A stretch of 64,000 nt of DNA from Candidatus Omnitrophota bacterium (GCA_903843285.1 CAIMPC010000010.1:968-64967); one strand, 5' to 3'; shown: positions 20,854 through 30,557, counted from the first letter of the stretch. Numbers and translations are program-made. The notes: generated by a model not told the origin, from the letters alone.

Positions 20854-21435
20854 ATGGCCGATCCGTTAGGTAAAACTATCCGTTTCATGGCACGATATCC
20901 GGGACGTCTCCTGGCAAAATCTAAGATATCTCCAAATCAAATAACGGTTTTCGGTTTGTTAATAAACTGTGCCGTCGCTTATTTTATAGCTTCGGGGCGT
21001 ATTAATTATTTAGCCTCCGGTATGCTCATATGGGCGGCCGGTTTCTTTGATGCGCTGGACGGCAGTGTGGCTCGGATAAACGGGCAGGTTACAGTTTTTG
21101 GCGACTTTCTGGATTCGGTCCTGGATAGATATTCGGACTCGGTCATATATTTAGGCATAATGGTATATTTCTTAAGAGCGGGAAGATCGGATTGTGTAAT
21201 ATTGGCCGTTATCGCGACCATCGGGTCGTTGGCTGTAAGTTACGTCAGGGCTAAGGCAGAGAGCCTGGGCCGGAAGTGCGAAGTGGGACTACTGCCGCGC
21301 ACCGCGCGCATAGTTATACTGGGGCTATCATTCTGCGTATCCCAGCCATTTTGGGGTCTTTTGATAATCGCAGTGCTCTCAAACCTGACGGTTCTGCAGA
21401 GAATCATCTATGTACGAAAAAACATCTCAGAATAA
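20854..21435 (+). CDS. CDP-alcohol phosphatidyltransferase (phosphatidylinositol-phosphate synthase-like)
   Basis: SPNQIT, DALDGSVAR..G..T.FGDFLDSVLDRYSD, SYVRAKAE; directly after ino1. Confidence 0.9.
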   Translation: MADPLGKTIRFMARYPGRLLAKSKISPNQITVFGLLINCAVAYFIASGRINYLASGMLIWAAGFFDALDGSVARINGQVTVFGDFLDSVLDRYSDSVIYLGIMVYFLRAGRSDCVILAVIATIGSLAVSYVRAKAESLGRKCEVGLLPRTARIVILGLSFCVSQPFWGLLIIAVLSNLTVLQRIIYVRKNISE

Positions 21436-21441
21436 ACGACT

Positions 21442-22020
21442 ATGAAACTGATATTCTCCTGTCTTTGGTATCTTCTCCCCGCCGCGCTGGGGAATCACAA
21501 TGCCTCATGCGGTAACCGCCTTTGGATTCCGGGAATATTTAAACGCGCATTAGCTAAGATGGCCGTGCCGATCGATGGCGGCAATAAGTGGCGTGGCAGA
21601 GAGATATTAGGGAAGAATAAGACGTGGAGAGGGCTTTTGGTCGGCAGTATAACCGGAGTTCTGGTCGCTCTCGCTCAGGCGCTCTTATATTTCAATTTTG
21701 ATTTCTTCAGGCAGAATACATTCATCGATTATGGAAAAATAAACTTTGCGGTATTCGGATTTCTGATGGGCGGCGGCGCCCTGGTCGGCGATGTGGTGAA
21801 GAGCCTTATAAAGCGGATGCTCGATAAGCCGTCCGGTAAACCGTGGTTCCCGTGGGACCAGCTCGACTGGATAATGGGCGCTATGATCCTAAGTTCATTG
21901 GTCTACATTCCATCGGCCAAATCGGCCGTGGTCACAGCGATATTATATGTTGGAGTTCACCTTTGTTCCGACAGAGCAGTGGTTAAGATGGGCATCAAGA
22001 CCAGGAAGGAAGTTAATTAA
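21442..22020 (+). CDS. CDP-archaeol synthase (CarS/DUF46)-like cytidylyltransferase
   Basis: PIDGG..WRGREILGKNKTWRG, GALVGDVVKSLIKR, G.PWFPWDQLD. Confidence 0.85.
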   Translation: MKLIFSCLWYLLPAALGNHNASCGNRLWIPGIFKRALAKMAVPIDGGNKWRGREILGKNKTWRGLLVGSITGVLVALAQALLYFNFDFFRQNTFIDYGKINFAVFGFLMGGGALVGDVVKSLIKRMLDKPSGKPWFPWDQLDWIMGAMILSSLVYIPSAKSAVVTAILYVGVHLCSDRAVVKMGIKTRKEVN

Positions 22021-22025
22021 GAGAG

Positions 22026-22757
22026 ATGTTTGGACTCCTCCACAGCGTGGTATTCTGGATATTAGCCTTAGTCTATAGCGTCATCATAGGTATGTACTCA
22101 AACGTCGCGGGACTATTTATTAAAGATGCCGGTAAGAAGGAAGCGTTTTACCGCGCCAACGCGAAATTATGGGGGCGCCTTCTGATGAATGCATCGCTTA
22201 TAAAAGTGAATATAGATGGGCTTGAAAATATCCCGCCCGATACAAACGTAATATATACACCTAATCACCAGAGTTACATCGACATATTTATTCTGCTTAA
22301 GTACCTGCCGGGCACCTATAAATTTGTAATAATGAGAAAATTATTTAAGGTCCCTGTGATCGGTAGTCATATAGCGCGCTCAGGATATATATCTTTGGAC
22401 CGGAAAGACAGAAAGAGATCGGTTAAGACGATTCATGCCATTATAGATGATCTTGCCGCCGGTGAGTCGTTCGTAATATTTCCTGAGGGGAAGTTGACGC
22501 CCGATGGTGAGATAGGGCAGTTTAGCCGGGGGGCATCTATAATTATTCAGCGCAGTAGAAAGCCCGTGGTTCCGATAGCGATCGATGGAACATTCGAGGC
22601 CATGCCTAAGGGGGCGTGGCGGATTAAACGAACGGCGGTTAAGGTAAAGATCGGTAGGCCTATCATCTTTGATGAACATTTCGGGGATATGGACAAGGAT
22701 GGTTCTTACAAGCTCGGCCAGCGGCTTCGTGAAATAGTCGTCGATCTCAAAGGGTAG
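22026..22757 (+). CDS. Lysophospholipid acyltransferase (PlsC family)
   Basis: NHQSYID (HX4D), FPEG, VVPIAIDG. Confidence 0.92.
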   Translation: MFGLLHSVVFWILALVYSVIIGMYSNVAGLFIKDAGKKEAFYRANAKLWGRLLMNASLIKVNIDGLENIPPDTNVIYTPNHQSYIDIFILLKYLPGTYKFVIMRKLFKVPVIGSHIARSGYISLDRKDRKRSVKTIHAIIDDLAAGESFVIFPEGKLTPDGEIGQFSRGASIIIQRSRKPVVPIAIDGTFEAMPKGAWRIKRTAVKVKIGRPIIFDEHFGDMDKDGSYKLGQRLREIVVDLKG

Positions 22758-22772
22758 GGATAAAACAGTACC

Positions 22773-23504
22773 ATGTGGAATAGAACAGCCAGGATAATAC
22801 ATTCTACGATATGGTGGGCAAATTGGATATTGATATTGCTATTGGGCCTGATATTTGATTCCGTCATCTGGCCCGGCAATAGAAAGATGTACAGGAAGAG
22901 CGAATATTTCTGGGCCTGGACGCTCATGAAGATAGGCGGCATAAAATTAAAGATAACCGGAGGGCATAATTTACCTGAGAATGAGACGGTTGTCTACATG
23001 GCAAATCACCAAAGCGATCTGGACTGGCCGATTATATTTATGGCGGTTCCGGGATATTACCTGTTTTTGGCTAAGAAGGAGTTATTCGATGTTCCGGTCT
23101 TCGGAACATACATGAAGCTTCAGAATTACATTCCGATTGAGAGGACAAGCCTCAGGAGATCGCTGAGGACTTACGATAAGGTGGCAGATCTTATTAAGAA
23201 GGGCAATTCGATCGTTATCTATCCGGAGGGCACACGTTCCCGGGACAGGGATCTGCAGAAATTTAAATCTTTCAGCTTCTCATTCCTTCAGGAGGCAAGA
23301 GTCAGGGTCGTCCCGATAGCTATTGATGGCAGTATAAATATTCAAAAGAAGGGAAGCGGGCTTATAAGTCCGGGAGAGGTGAGCGTAAATATTTTACCCC
23401 CCATAAGTTTCGATGATATATATGATCTGGAGGCTAAGGATTTCTGCCGGAAGGCATCGGATAGAGTAAGGGAGTCATTGCTTAAAATTTTAAAGAAAAT
23501 ATAG
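22773..23504 (+). CDS. Lysophospholipid acyltransferase (PlsC family), tandem paralog
   Basis: NHQSDLD, FLAKKEL, YPEGTRS, VVPIAIDG. Confidence 0.92.
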   Translation: MWNRTARIIHSTIWWANWILILLLGLIFDSVIWPGNRKMYRKSEYFWAWTLMKIGGIKLKITGGHNLPENETVVYMANHQSDLDWPIIFMAVPGYYLFLAKKELFDVPVFGTYMKLQNYIPIERTSLRRSLRTYDKVADLIKKGNSIVIYPEGTRSRDRDLQKFKSFSFSFLQEARVRVVPIAIDGSINIQKKGSGLISPGEVSVNILPPISFDDIYDLEAKDFCRKASDRVRESLLKILKKI

Positions 23505-23511
23505 GAGAATC

Positions 23512-23922
23512 GTGATAGGAAGATTATTTAAAGAGACCTCCGACACGGTGCATGTGCAGGTCTTCCGTTATATTTTAGCAGGTACTGCGGCATACGCACT
23601 TGACTACAGCGCGCTGGTCGTCTTTACGGAAATAATAGGGTTATATTATCTGACGTCCGCAGCATTGGCATTTCTGTTGGGTGCCATTGCAAGTTACATT
23701 ATGAATGTAACGTGGGTATTTAATGATAGGGCATTTAAGAACAGGCGACTGGAGTTCACCATATTTATATCAATAAGCATAGCGGGGCTATTTTTAAACC
23801 ACTACTGCATCAAATTTTTCACAGAGAGCGTTAATATGCACTACCTGACATCGAAACTCATATCTTCCGTCTTAGTCTCTGCGGTCAATTTTTCCGCGAG
23901 AAAATATATACTGTTCAGGTAA
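23512..23922 (+). CDS. GtrA family flippase-like membrane protein
   Basis: FRYILAG, 4 TMs, N.TWVF, NFSARKYILF. Confidence 0.88.
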   Translation: MIGRLFKETSDTVHVQVFRYILAGTAAYALDYSALVVFTEIIGLYYLTSAALAFLLGAIASYIMNVTWVFNDRAFKNRRLEFTIFISISIAGLFLNHYCIKFFTESVNMHYLTSKLISSVLVSAVNFSARKYILFR

Positions 23923-23941
23923 TGGCTCGTCGCATTTTAGT

Positions 23942-23970
23942 TTGACATACCATAATCGTTCATATAGAAT
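23942..23970 (+). promoter_or_regulatory. Sigma70-type promoter of the coiled-coil/ParA operon
   Basis: TTGACA-N17-TAGAAT. Confidence 0.7.
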
Positions 23971-24019
23971 AATTTTACTATAATAGTTACATCAAAATAA
24001 AGCGTGCGGAGGTAGTATT

Positions 24020-24400
24020 ATGTCGGGATTTGGTGCTGGAGAACTCATATGGCTGGTAGTGGCGGTCCTTTTGGCGTTGGGAGTGGTTATAACCTGGATA
24101 ATGAAGGCCGAATCGAGCCGTAATGTGTTTCGGGCAGAAGTTAATAGACTTAAATCGCAACTTGATGAGCTTGAACGCGAAAAGATGGCCATGGTGGAAG
24201 AGGTTGAGGCATTTAAAGACTTCATGGATTCGTCTTCGGTTACACCAGGCCAGTCAGGAGCTTCCTCCGGAAATGCGATAGTGGCCAAGATGGCCGAGAA
24301 GGTCGGTGAGCTCGGGAAAGAGAACGAGAGACTTAAGAAGGATCTCAATGAAGCCAGAAGCTCCCTGGAAGAAGTTTATAAAGCGATGTGCAGTAAATAA
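24020..24400 (+). CDS. Single-TM coiled-coil protein
   Basis: GGAGGT RBS, N-terminal TM, two heptad-rich helices. Confidence 0.8.
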   Translation: MSGFGAGELIWLVVAVLLALGVVITWIMKAESSRNVFRAEVNRLKSQLDELEREKMAMVEEVEAFKDFMDSSSVTPGQSGASSGNAIVAKMAEKVGELGKENERLKKDLNEARSSLEEVYKAMCSK

Positions 24401-24403
24401 TGT

Positions 24404-26623
24404 TTGAGTACTAAGGATAATCGTATGAACGAAATATTCGATAAGATGAAAAAGACGGATGTGGTAGGCGCCTCTGGTACGGTAAAAGAGGGCGTGTGTA
24501 TGGATATAAGCGATATGAAGAGACAGATCCTCGAGAGGCTGAGGGAGAAGAAGGCCTTGGCCTCTGTATCAACCGAAACCCTTAGACCATCAGTGAATAA
24601 AGAGGATCTGCTAAAGGCCGTTAATAAAGGCGAGACATCTACGGTCGTAGTGGAAAAGATCGTGGAAAAAATTGTTGTAAAGCAGGACGAGGAGGTTGTG
24701 AGACAGCGGGATTCGCTTAAGACAGAGCTTGCCGATAAGGAGGCTGTCCTTCAGGATATACGGAAAAAATTTGCCGAGGCTAAACAGACATTGTCGGTCC
24801 AGGAAGGTGTTTTAAGAGCCAGGGATAGCGCCTCTTCCGATGCCCCCAGGATATTGCGCGAACTCGATGCGGCAAGGAAGAAAGCCTCCGATCTTCAGAC
24901 ACGGGCCGAAACTCTCCAGGTTGAGCATAAGAAGATGTCCACCGAACGAGATGAGGCTCTTAAGCAGTTCGAAAAGATGCGCAGAGATTTCGAATCAAAA
25001 GATAGGGCCACACAGGATCTCGATAGACGGCTTAAGGAGGAGCGGGACAGATCCTCTTCGATGAATGAACAGCTTAAGTCCAGGGATAAGGGGATAGCCG
25101 AGGCACAGAAGATAGCCAGAGAGCTCGATGTGGCTAAGAAGGCCACAGAGACAGAGCATGCCAAATACGAGAATCTCACTATTGAACACAGGAAGGCATT
25201 ATCTGACAGAGACGAATCGGCAAAACTTCTTAAAATACTGAGAGCGGAAGATGATAAGAGGGAGAGGTTGATCAGCGACCTGCAGAAGAAGGTTGCCAGG
25301 ACGAGCGAGCTTGAGGCCGCCCTGCGCATAAGGGATACCAGAGCAAGTGAGATCGATAAATTATCTAAAGAGCTGAGCTCTTCCAGGAATTTATGCGAGG
25401 AATACCGCTTGAAGTTCGAGGATGTGCAGGCTGAAATTAAGCGGCTCATCGCAATGCAGGCCGAAGCGGCGGGCCATCACGGCAAGCTTAAAGATGAATT
25501 TGCCGCCAGGGAAGCGTCTTTACGACAGGAGCAGAAAAAGCTTACGATAGAATTGGACGAAGCGATTAAGGATCGCGATAGGGTTACATCTAATGTAGAG
25601 TCGCTCAGATCTAAGCTGTATACTGTGACCAAAGAGACTAAAGAGCAATCTTCCAGGATCACGACCCTGGAAGAGTCATTGAGAGGAAAAGATAAGAAGA
25701 TTCAGGAGCTCGAAAAGCTGAACACCGATATAGCGGCATCGAAGACAGCCGTAGAATCAAAGTTGATTGCAGTCGGGGGCGAGCATAAAGCCCTCAGTGA
25801 AAATCATGCGAGGCTTAACGATGAATTGGCCGGCGCCAGAACTAAGATCGCAGAGATTGATAAATCTCGTAAAGAGATAGAGGTATCCCTCGGCGAAAAA
25901 GATCTTCAGTTGCAAGCGAGCCTGCGTGACAAGAAGGAGCTCGAAGCTAAACTGGGACAGATACGTCTGGAGCTGGAGGCGAAGGCCGGCCGAATGTCCC
26001 AGGCCGATAAGTTATATAAGGAGCTGGAGGCCGCGGCGCAGGACATGACTTCCAAGCTACAGGTAAGTCAGCGGGATGCCAAGGAGCTCGAGGCTTCTAA
26101 GGGTGATCTCACATTACAGCTATCGAATGTTCATCGGGACAAGAGAGACCTGGAGATGCGGATCTCCGAATTAGGAATGGAGATAGAGGCGAAGTCCATA
26201 CGGCTGGAGGATGCGGATAAGCTTTATAAAGAGACAGAGACGCTATTGAGCGACCTTGCGTCTAAACTTCAGGTAAGCCAGCGCAGGACGGAAGCCTTAG
26301 AAAAAGAGGTCTCCGGCCTTACAGAGTCGCTTAAGAGCACAACGCATAAACTGAAAGAGACCGAAGACCTCTCGAAGAGCGAGATTGAAAGGTTAAGTTC
26401 TGAGCTTGCCCTGGCAAAGGGCACCGTGAAGGATAAAGAAAGAAAAGAGCTTGAACTGAGAAACACGGTCGAGCATCTCGAGACCGAGATACAGGTAAGG
26501 GACGAAAAGATCGAAGGAGATATCAGGTATACTGACAAGGTTGTGAAGGAGGTCGGGGAGCTTCGTAAAAAAATGGCATCCCTGGATCGCCATAGCGACA
26601 GGACTAAGAGTGCAGGCGCTTAA
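24404..26623 (+). CDS. Long coiled-coil protein with internal repeats
   Basis: About 620 aa of E/K/L-rich heptads with almost no Pro, no Walker motifs; start may be ATG 24425. Confidence 0.85.
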   Translation: MSTKDNRMNEIFDKMKKTDVVGASGTVKEGVCMDISDMKRQILERLREKKALASVSTETLRPSVNKEDLLKAVNKGETSTVVVEKIVEKIVVKQDEEVVRQRDSLKTELADKEAVLQDIRKKFAEAKQTLSVQEGVLRARDSASSDAPRILRELDAARKKASDLQTRAETLQVEHKKMSTERDEALKQFEKMRRDFESKDRATQDLDRRLKEERDRSSSMNEQLKSRDKGIAEAQKIARELDVAKKATETEHAKYENLTIEHRKALSDRDESAKLLKILRAEDDKRERLISDLQKKVARTSELEAALRIRDTRASEIDKLSKELSSSRNLCEEYRLKFEDVQAEIKRLIAMQAEAAGHHGKLKDEFAAREASLRQEQKKLTIELDEAIKDRDRVTSNVESLRSKLYTVTKETKEQSSRITTLEESLRGKDKKIQELEKLNTDIAASKTAVESKLIAVGGEHKALSENHARLNDELAGARTKIAEIDKSRKEIEVSLGEKDLQLQASLRDKKELEAKLGQIRLELEAKAGRMSQADKLYKELEAAAQDMTSKLQVSQRDAKELEASKGDLTLQLSNVHRDKRDLEMRISELGMEIEAKSIRLEDADKLYKETETLLSDLASKLQVSQRRTEALEKEVSGLTESLKSTTHKLKETEDLSKSEIERLSSELALAKGTVKDKERKELELRNTVEHLETEIQVRDEKIEGDIRYTDKVVKEVGELRKKMASLDRHSDRTKSAGA

Positions 26624-27446
26624 TGATAGAGTAGAGAAGATGTTCGGATGGCTTAGAACCCAGGGCGCCACCGCCATAAAAGGGAAGACCGCCAGAAAAC
26701 AGCTCTTTCTGAACTATAAGGGCGGAACCGGAAAGACCTCTATATCTGCCGCATATGGATACTATCTGGCAATGACGGGTAAGCGGGTGCTTATGATAGA
26801 TCTGGATGCGCAGGCGCATCTGACCACATGCTTTAATCACGAAACCGTCAGACATGAAAAGAGCCTGTATAGCGTACTGATACGTTCCGCGCGCTTGTCG
26901 GAGGTCATCGTCGGAACGTCTCTTCCCACATTAAAACTGGCCCCATCGTCGATATCTCTCTCAGCCCTCGAGATGCCTTTATTTAAAATGCCATACAGAG
27001 AATTCAGATTGCGCCGCGCCCTGCGAGAGGTCGAGGGAGATTTCGATTTCATAATAATAGATTCGGCTCCAAATATAGGCCTTGTAAGCCTTAATGCGAT
27101 ACTCGCTTCAGACGAGATATTAGTGCCGCTACTGGCGGATTTCCTGTCATTCCACGGGCTTAAGATATTGATGGAGACCATATCGTCGGTCCAATCAGAT
27201 TTCAATTTCTATTTCAAGAAGATCAATATTTTCCTGAACAAGTTTAATCCGGAATACTCTATATGTAGAGAGTGCCTCGAAGCCGTCCGTAAACACTACC
27301 CAAGCTATGCGCTTAAGACCGTAATTAAAGAGTCGCACGAAATAATGGATGCAACCAGCGTGGGTAAATCGATATTTGAGTTCAGCCCTGATTCAAAGGC
27401 CGCGCAGGATATTAAAGACCTGGTGAAGGAAGTCAACGGTATTTGA
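26610..27446 (+). CDS. ParA/MinD family ATPase, PomZ-like
   Basis: Deviant Walker A KGGTGKTS, IDLDAQ, IIIDSAP; QLFLN.KGG and VP.LADFLSFHGLK.L.ET match my recollection of Myxococcus PomZ. Confidence 0.9.
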   Translation: MQALNDRVEKMFGWLRTQGATAIKGKTARKQLFLNYKGGTGKTSISAAYGYYLAMTGKRVLMIDLDAQAHLTTCFNHETVRHEKSLYSVLIRSARLSEVIVGTSLPTLKLAPSSISLSALEMPLFKMPYREFRLRRALREVEGDFDFIIIDSAPNIGLVSLNAILASDEILVPLLADFLSFHGLKILMETISSVQSDFNFYFKKINIFLNKFNPEYSICRECLEAVRKHYPSYALKTVIKESHEIMDATSVGKSIFEFSPDSKAAQDIKDLVKEVNGI

Positions 27447-27485
27447 TAAATAAGAAGGCTCATCCCGAGCTTAAGGAGGATTTAC

Positions 27486-27938
27486 ATGAAGACCAAGTTC
27501 GACGAAAATGTAGCGCATGATATACCTGTTACAAAAAATTCATCCGAACCCGAGCTTCCGTGGAAATTATCCGAATCTGAGCTTACAAAGCTAGAGGCCG
27601 CCGAGGAGGGTTTAAAAGATGCGGTATCCGCGCCTCCGCTTCACGTCAGAGCAATATTTGTGGTACTGCTTGTAGCCACTATATTCGTTGTTATATTGAA
27701 TAACATGGTTAATATGGCTATAGACAATAATCGTATGCAGATCGATATATCTAAAAAAGAGAAGCAGGTATCTACGGTTCAGACCCAACTGGCTACCGTT
27801 AAGAATGAAAAAGAGGCCCTGACTGATAATGCCTCGAAGATGGAGAAGCGCATAAATGACCTGAGCGCCCAGAAAGAGCTCTACAGCGCTGTCATTGAGA
27901 CGCTGACGAAGAAGACGGACGACGCCCCGGGTAGTTAA
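27486..27938 (+). CDS. Bitopic membrane protein with C-terminal coiled coil
   Basis: AAGGAGG RBS, acidic N-terminus, one TM, about 70-aa coiled coil. Confidence 0.8.
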   Translation: MKTKFDENVAHDIPVTKNSSEPELPWKLSESELTKLEAAEEGLKDAVSAPPLHVRAIFVVLLVATIFVVILNNMVNMAIDNNRMQIDISKKEKQVSTVQTQLATVKNEKEALTDNASKMEKRINDLSAQKELYSAVIETLTKKTDDAPGS

Positions 27939-27944
27939 AGAGAG

Positions 27945-30557
27945 ATGAAGAAATCGATATTTATGCCATTCATTAGACATGCGGTGCTTGTAGTAGCGTT
28001 AGTTTTATTGCCCTCGGCGGTATCCTGCCAAAACCTTTCATGGGAAGACCTGAGCAAGCAGTCGTGGGAATTAAACAAACAGGGTAACTTCTCCGGAGCC
28101 ATCAGCACGGCCAAAAAAGCGCTCGAAGCGGCTACGGAACAATTTGGCCCAAAACATGCAAATGTGGTGATATCCCTTAACTCCATAGCGGCCATGTACA
28201 AAACCCATGAGAAGTATAAGGAATCGGAAGCCTACTATAAGAAGGCGCTTGCTATGCGGACTCTCTCAATAAGCTGTCCCGTTATAAAACAGGATTACCT
28301 GGACATATACACGGCGATGAAAAACCTCTATTCCGTATACAAGATTCAAAATAAATTACCTCAGGCCGGAAAAGTATTGAGACGCGCGTTAACTATTGAA
28401 GAAAAAGTGACGGGGAAAGATTCTCCGGAAGTAGAGAGAGACATCAGAGACCTGATCTCCATATATGAGGCCCAGGACAAACCTCAGCGGACGGAGCCAT
28501 TATATAAGAGGATTATAGAGATCGAAGAGAAGCGCCATGGGCCAAACAGCGCTGAGGTGGCCAATACCATGAATAGCCTCGCCGCCGCATATCGGTCGAT
28601 GAAACGATATGATGAGGCCGAGCCGCTATTAAAGAAGATAATAACCCTGGCCGAAAGCACGCATGGCGCCCAGGATGGCACTTTACCGACATTTCTGAAT
28701 AATCTGGGTACCGTACACTTCTACCGGGGGAAATATCAGGAGGCCGAGGAGCTATTTAAGAGAGCGCTGGCTATGGATGAAAAGATGTTCGGGGTAAATA
28801 GTCCCGAGATTGTCACCGATCTTAATAATCTCGCGACACTGTATTCTTATGAAAAGAGATATCAGGAGGCCGAGGAGCGCTACCATAGGGTGCTGGATAT
28901 AAATGAAAAGTCATTCGGACCCGAAAGCGTTAATTCTATAAAGTATATGAATAATCTTGCGGCTATATTTGCATATCAGCGAAAGTATAATGATGCAGAG
29001 AGCCTTTACAACAGAGTGATAGCTATAAGCGAGAAAGCGTATGGGCCGGATCATCCGGCTATGGCATCCGCTCTTAATAATCTGGCGTTTCTATACCAAA
29101 AACAGGCCGATTATGCAAGAGCCGAACAGCTCTATTTACGCTCCGCGCTGATATGCGAGAAGGATCTGGATAAAAATTATTCTATAATGAAGACCGCTAT
29201 AAATAACCTGGTAGCCATATACAGGATTCAGGACAGGCAGGCCGAAACGGCACAGGCGCTAAAAAGATTGATAGATATGAGCGATAACGCAAAAAAAAAA
29301 GAAAACCCTGACTCGATCCCCGCACTAAAAGATCTTATAACGATATATACCACCCAGAATAATTTTAAGATGATGGAGGAAGTGTACCTCAGGCTGATCC
29401 TGGTGGAGGAGAATGTATTCGGCACCGATAGCGCGGAGCTGGCCGATACTATGAATAAGTTGGCCGGCATTTATAGATCCCAGCGAAAGTTATCGCAGGC
29501 CGAGCCGCTCTTAAAAAGAGTGGTTCAGATAGCGGAGAGCGTAGACGGCCTGTACAGCACAAGCCTTTCCAGCTACCTCAATAATTTAGGGGTCCTATAT
29601 TTTTATCAGGGAAAGTTTACAGAGGCCGAGCCGCTCCTAAGAAAAGCGCTTACCATAGACGAGAAAGCGCTGGGAAAGAATGATCCGGGGATAGTAGAAG
29701 ATCTGAATAATCTTGCCGTAGTCTATTCGTTCCTTAAGAAGTATAAGGAAGCAGAGATCCTTTATGGTCGTGTTATAGGGATATCTTCGAAGGTATCCGG
29801 CGAGGATAGCTTAGCGGCGATATCGGCGACCAACAAGCTGGCGTACGTCTACGAGTCGGAAGAAAAATATGAAGAGGCGGCAAAGCTTTACACCAAGGTT
29901 ATAGAGATATGCGCTAAGGATGAGGCCAAGAACTATCCTGAGCTCAGGATTTCGCTAAACAGCCTCGCTAATATTTACAGCGGTATGGGTAAGCATGAAG
30001 AGGCTGAGCCATACCTTAAGAGGGCGCTCGCTCTCGAGGAGAAGATTGCCGGTAAAGGCAGTATGGATTATGCCGAGACGCTGAACTATTTGGCCAGGAT
30101 CTACAGGGCCCAGGGGCGATATTCGGAGGCGGAGGCGGCATTAAAGCAAGTTATAGAAACCGGGGAAAAGATGATCGGTTCAGATAACCCGGTGATGAGG
30201 CCATATTTGGATAATCTGGCTACAGTATATTTTTATCAGAAAAGATATGAAGAAGCCCAGCCGCTTATGGAAAAGATATTGAGTATAGATGAAAAGATTG
30301 GTGGGAAGGAGAATCCTGAGCTGGTAAAAGATTTGAATAATCTGGCTACGTTATATTCAAAGTTAAATAGACTCGAGGATGCAGAGTTGTTATATTCCCG
30401 AGCCGCATACCTATGCCAAAACTTTAGCAGTGATCCTAAGGAACTCGCAAATATTCTCGAAAATATGGCAAACATGTACGAAATGGTAAATAATTCTGAA
30501 AGAGCCGAAAATTTACGTTTGCAAGCAGAATCAATTCGTAAACCAGCCAAGCCTTGA
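27945..30557 (+). CDS. Exported tetratricopeptide repeat protein (42-aa kinesin-light-chain-type TPRs)
   Basis: Signal peptide ending ..AVSC; repeated LNNLA.LY..Q.KY.EAE.L..RAL.I.EK..G at 42-aa period. Confidence 0.92.
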   Translation: MKKSIFMPFIRHAVLVVALVLLPSAVSCQNLSWEDLSKQSWELNKQGNFSGAISTAKKALEAATEQFGPKHANVVISLNSIAAMYKTHEKYKESEAYYKKALAMRTLSISCPVIKQDYLDIYTAMKNLYSVYKIQNKLPQAGKVLRRALTIEEKVTGKDSPEVERDIRDLISIYEAQDKPQRTEPLYKRIIEIEEKRHGPNSAEVANTMNSLAAAYRSMKRYDEAEPLLKKIITLAESTHGAQDGTLPTFLNNLGTVHFYRGKYQEAEELFKRALAMDEKMFGVNSPEIVTDLNNLATLYSYEKRYQEAEERYHRVLDINEKSFGPESVNSIKYMNNLAAIFAYQRKYNDAESLYNRVIAISEKAYGPDHPAMASALNNLAFLYQKQADYARAEQLYLRSALICEKDLDKNYSIMKTAINNLVAIYRIQDRQAETAQALKRLIDMSDNAKKKENPDSIPALKDLITIYTTQNNFKMMEEVYLRLILVEENVFGTDSAELADTMNKLAGIYRSQRKLSQAEPLLKRVVQIAESVDGLYSTSLSSYLNNLGVLYFYQGKFTEAEPLLRKALTIDEKALGKNDPGIVEDLNNLAVVYSFLKKYKEAEILYGRVIGISSKVSGEDSLAAISATNKLAYVYESEEKYEEAAKLYTKVIEICAKDEAKNYPELRISLNSLANIYSGMGKHEEAEPYLKRALALEEKIAGKGSMDYAETLNYLARIYRAQGRYSEAEAALKQVIETGEKMIGSDNPVMRPYLDNLATVYFYQKRYEEAQPLMEKILSIDEKIGGKENPELVKDLNNLATLYSKLNRLEDAELLYSRAAYLCQNFSSDPKELANILENMANMYEMVNNSERAENLRLQAESIRKPAKP

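Noticed and set aside
21442-22020. Full archaeal ether-lipid pathway
   Set aside because: No GGGP synthase, DGGGP synthase or G1P dehydrogenase in the window; the neighbours are acyltransferases
24404-26623. SMC/Rad50 or motor protein call for the long coiled coil
   Set aside because: No Walker A/B, hinge or motor domain is visible
26610-26623. Frameshifted fusion of the coiled-coil protein and ParA
   Set aside because: The short overlap fits translational coupling; both ORFs have plausible ends and an alternative ATG exists at 26640
29291-29300. A10 homopolymer as a phase-variation site
   Set aside because: It is in frame, encodes a Lys run, and nothing in a single sequence indicates slippage
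27945-30557. True kinesin light chain or eukaryote-like motor system
   Set aside because: 42-aa TPRs are common in bacteria, the protein has an export signal, and no kinesin or tubulin gene is in the window
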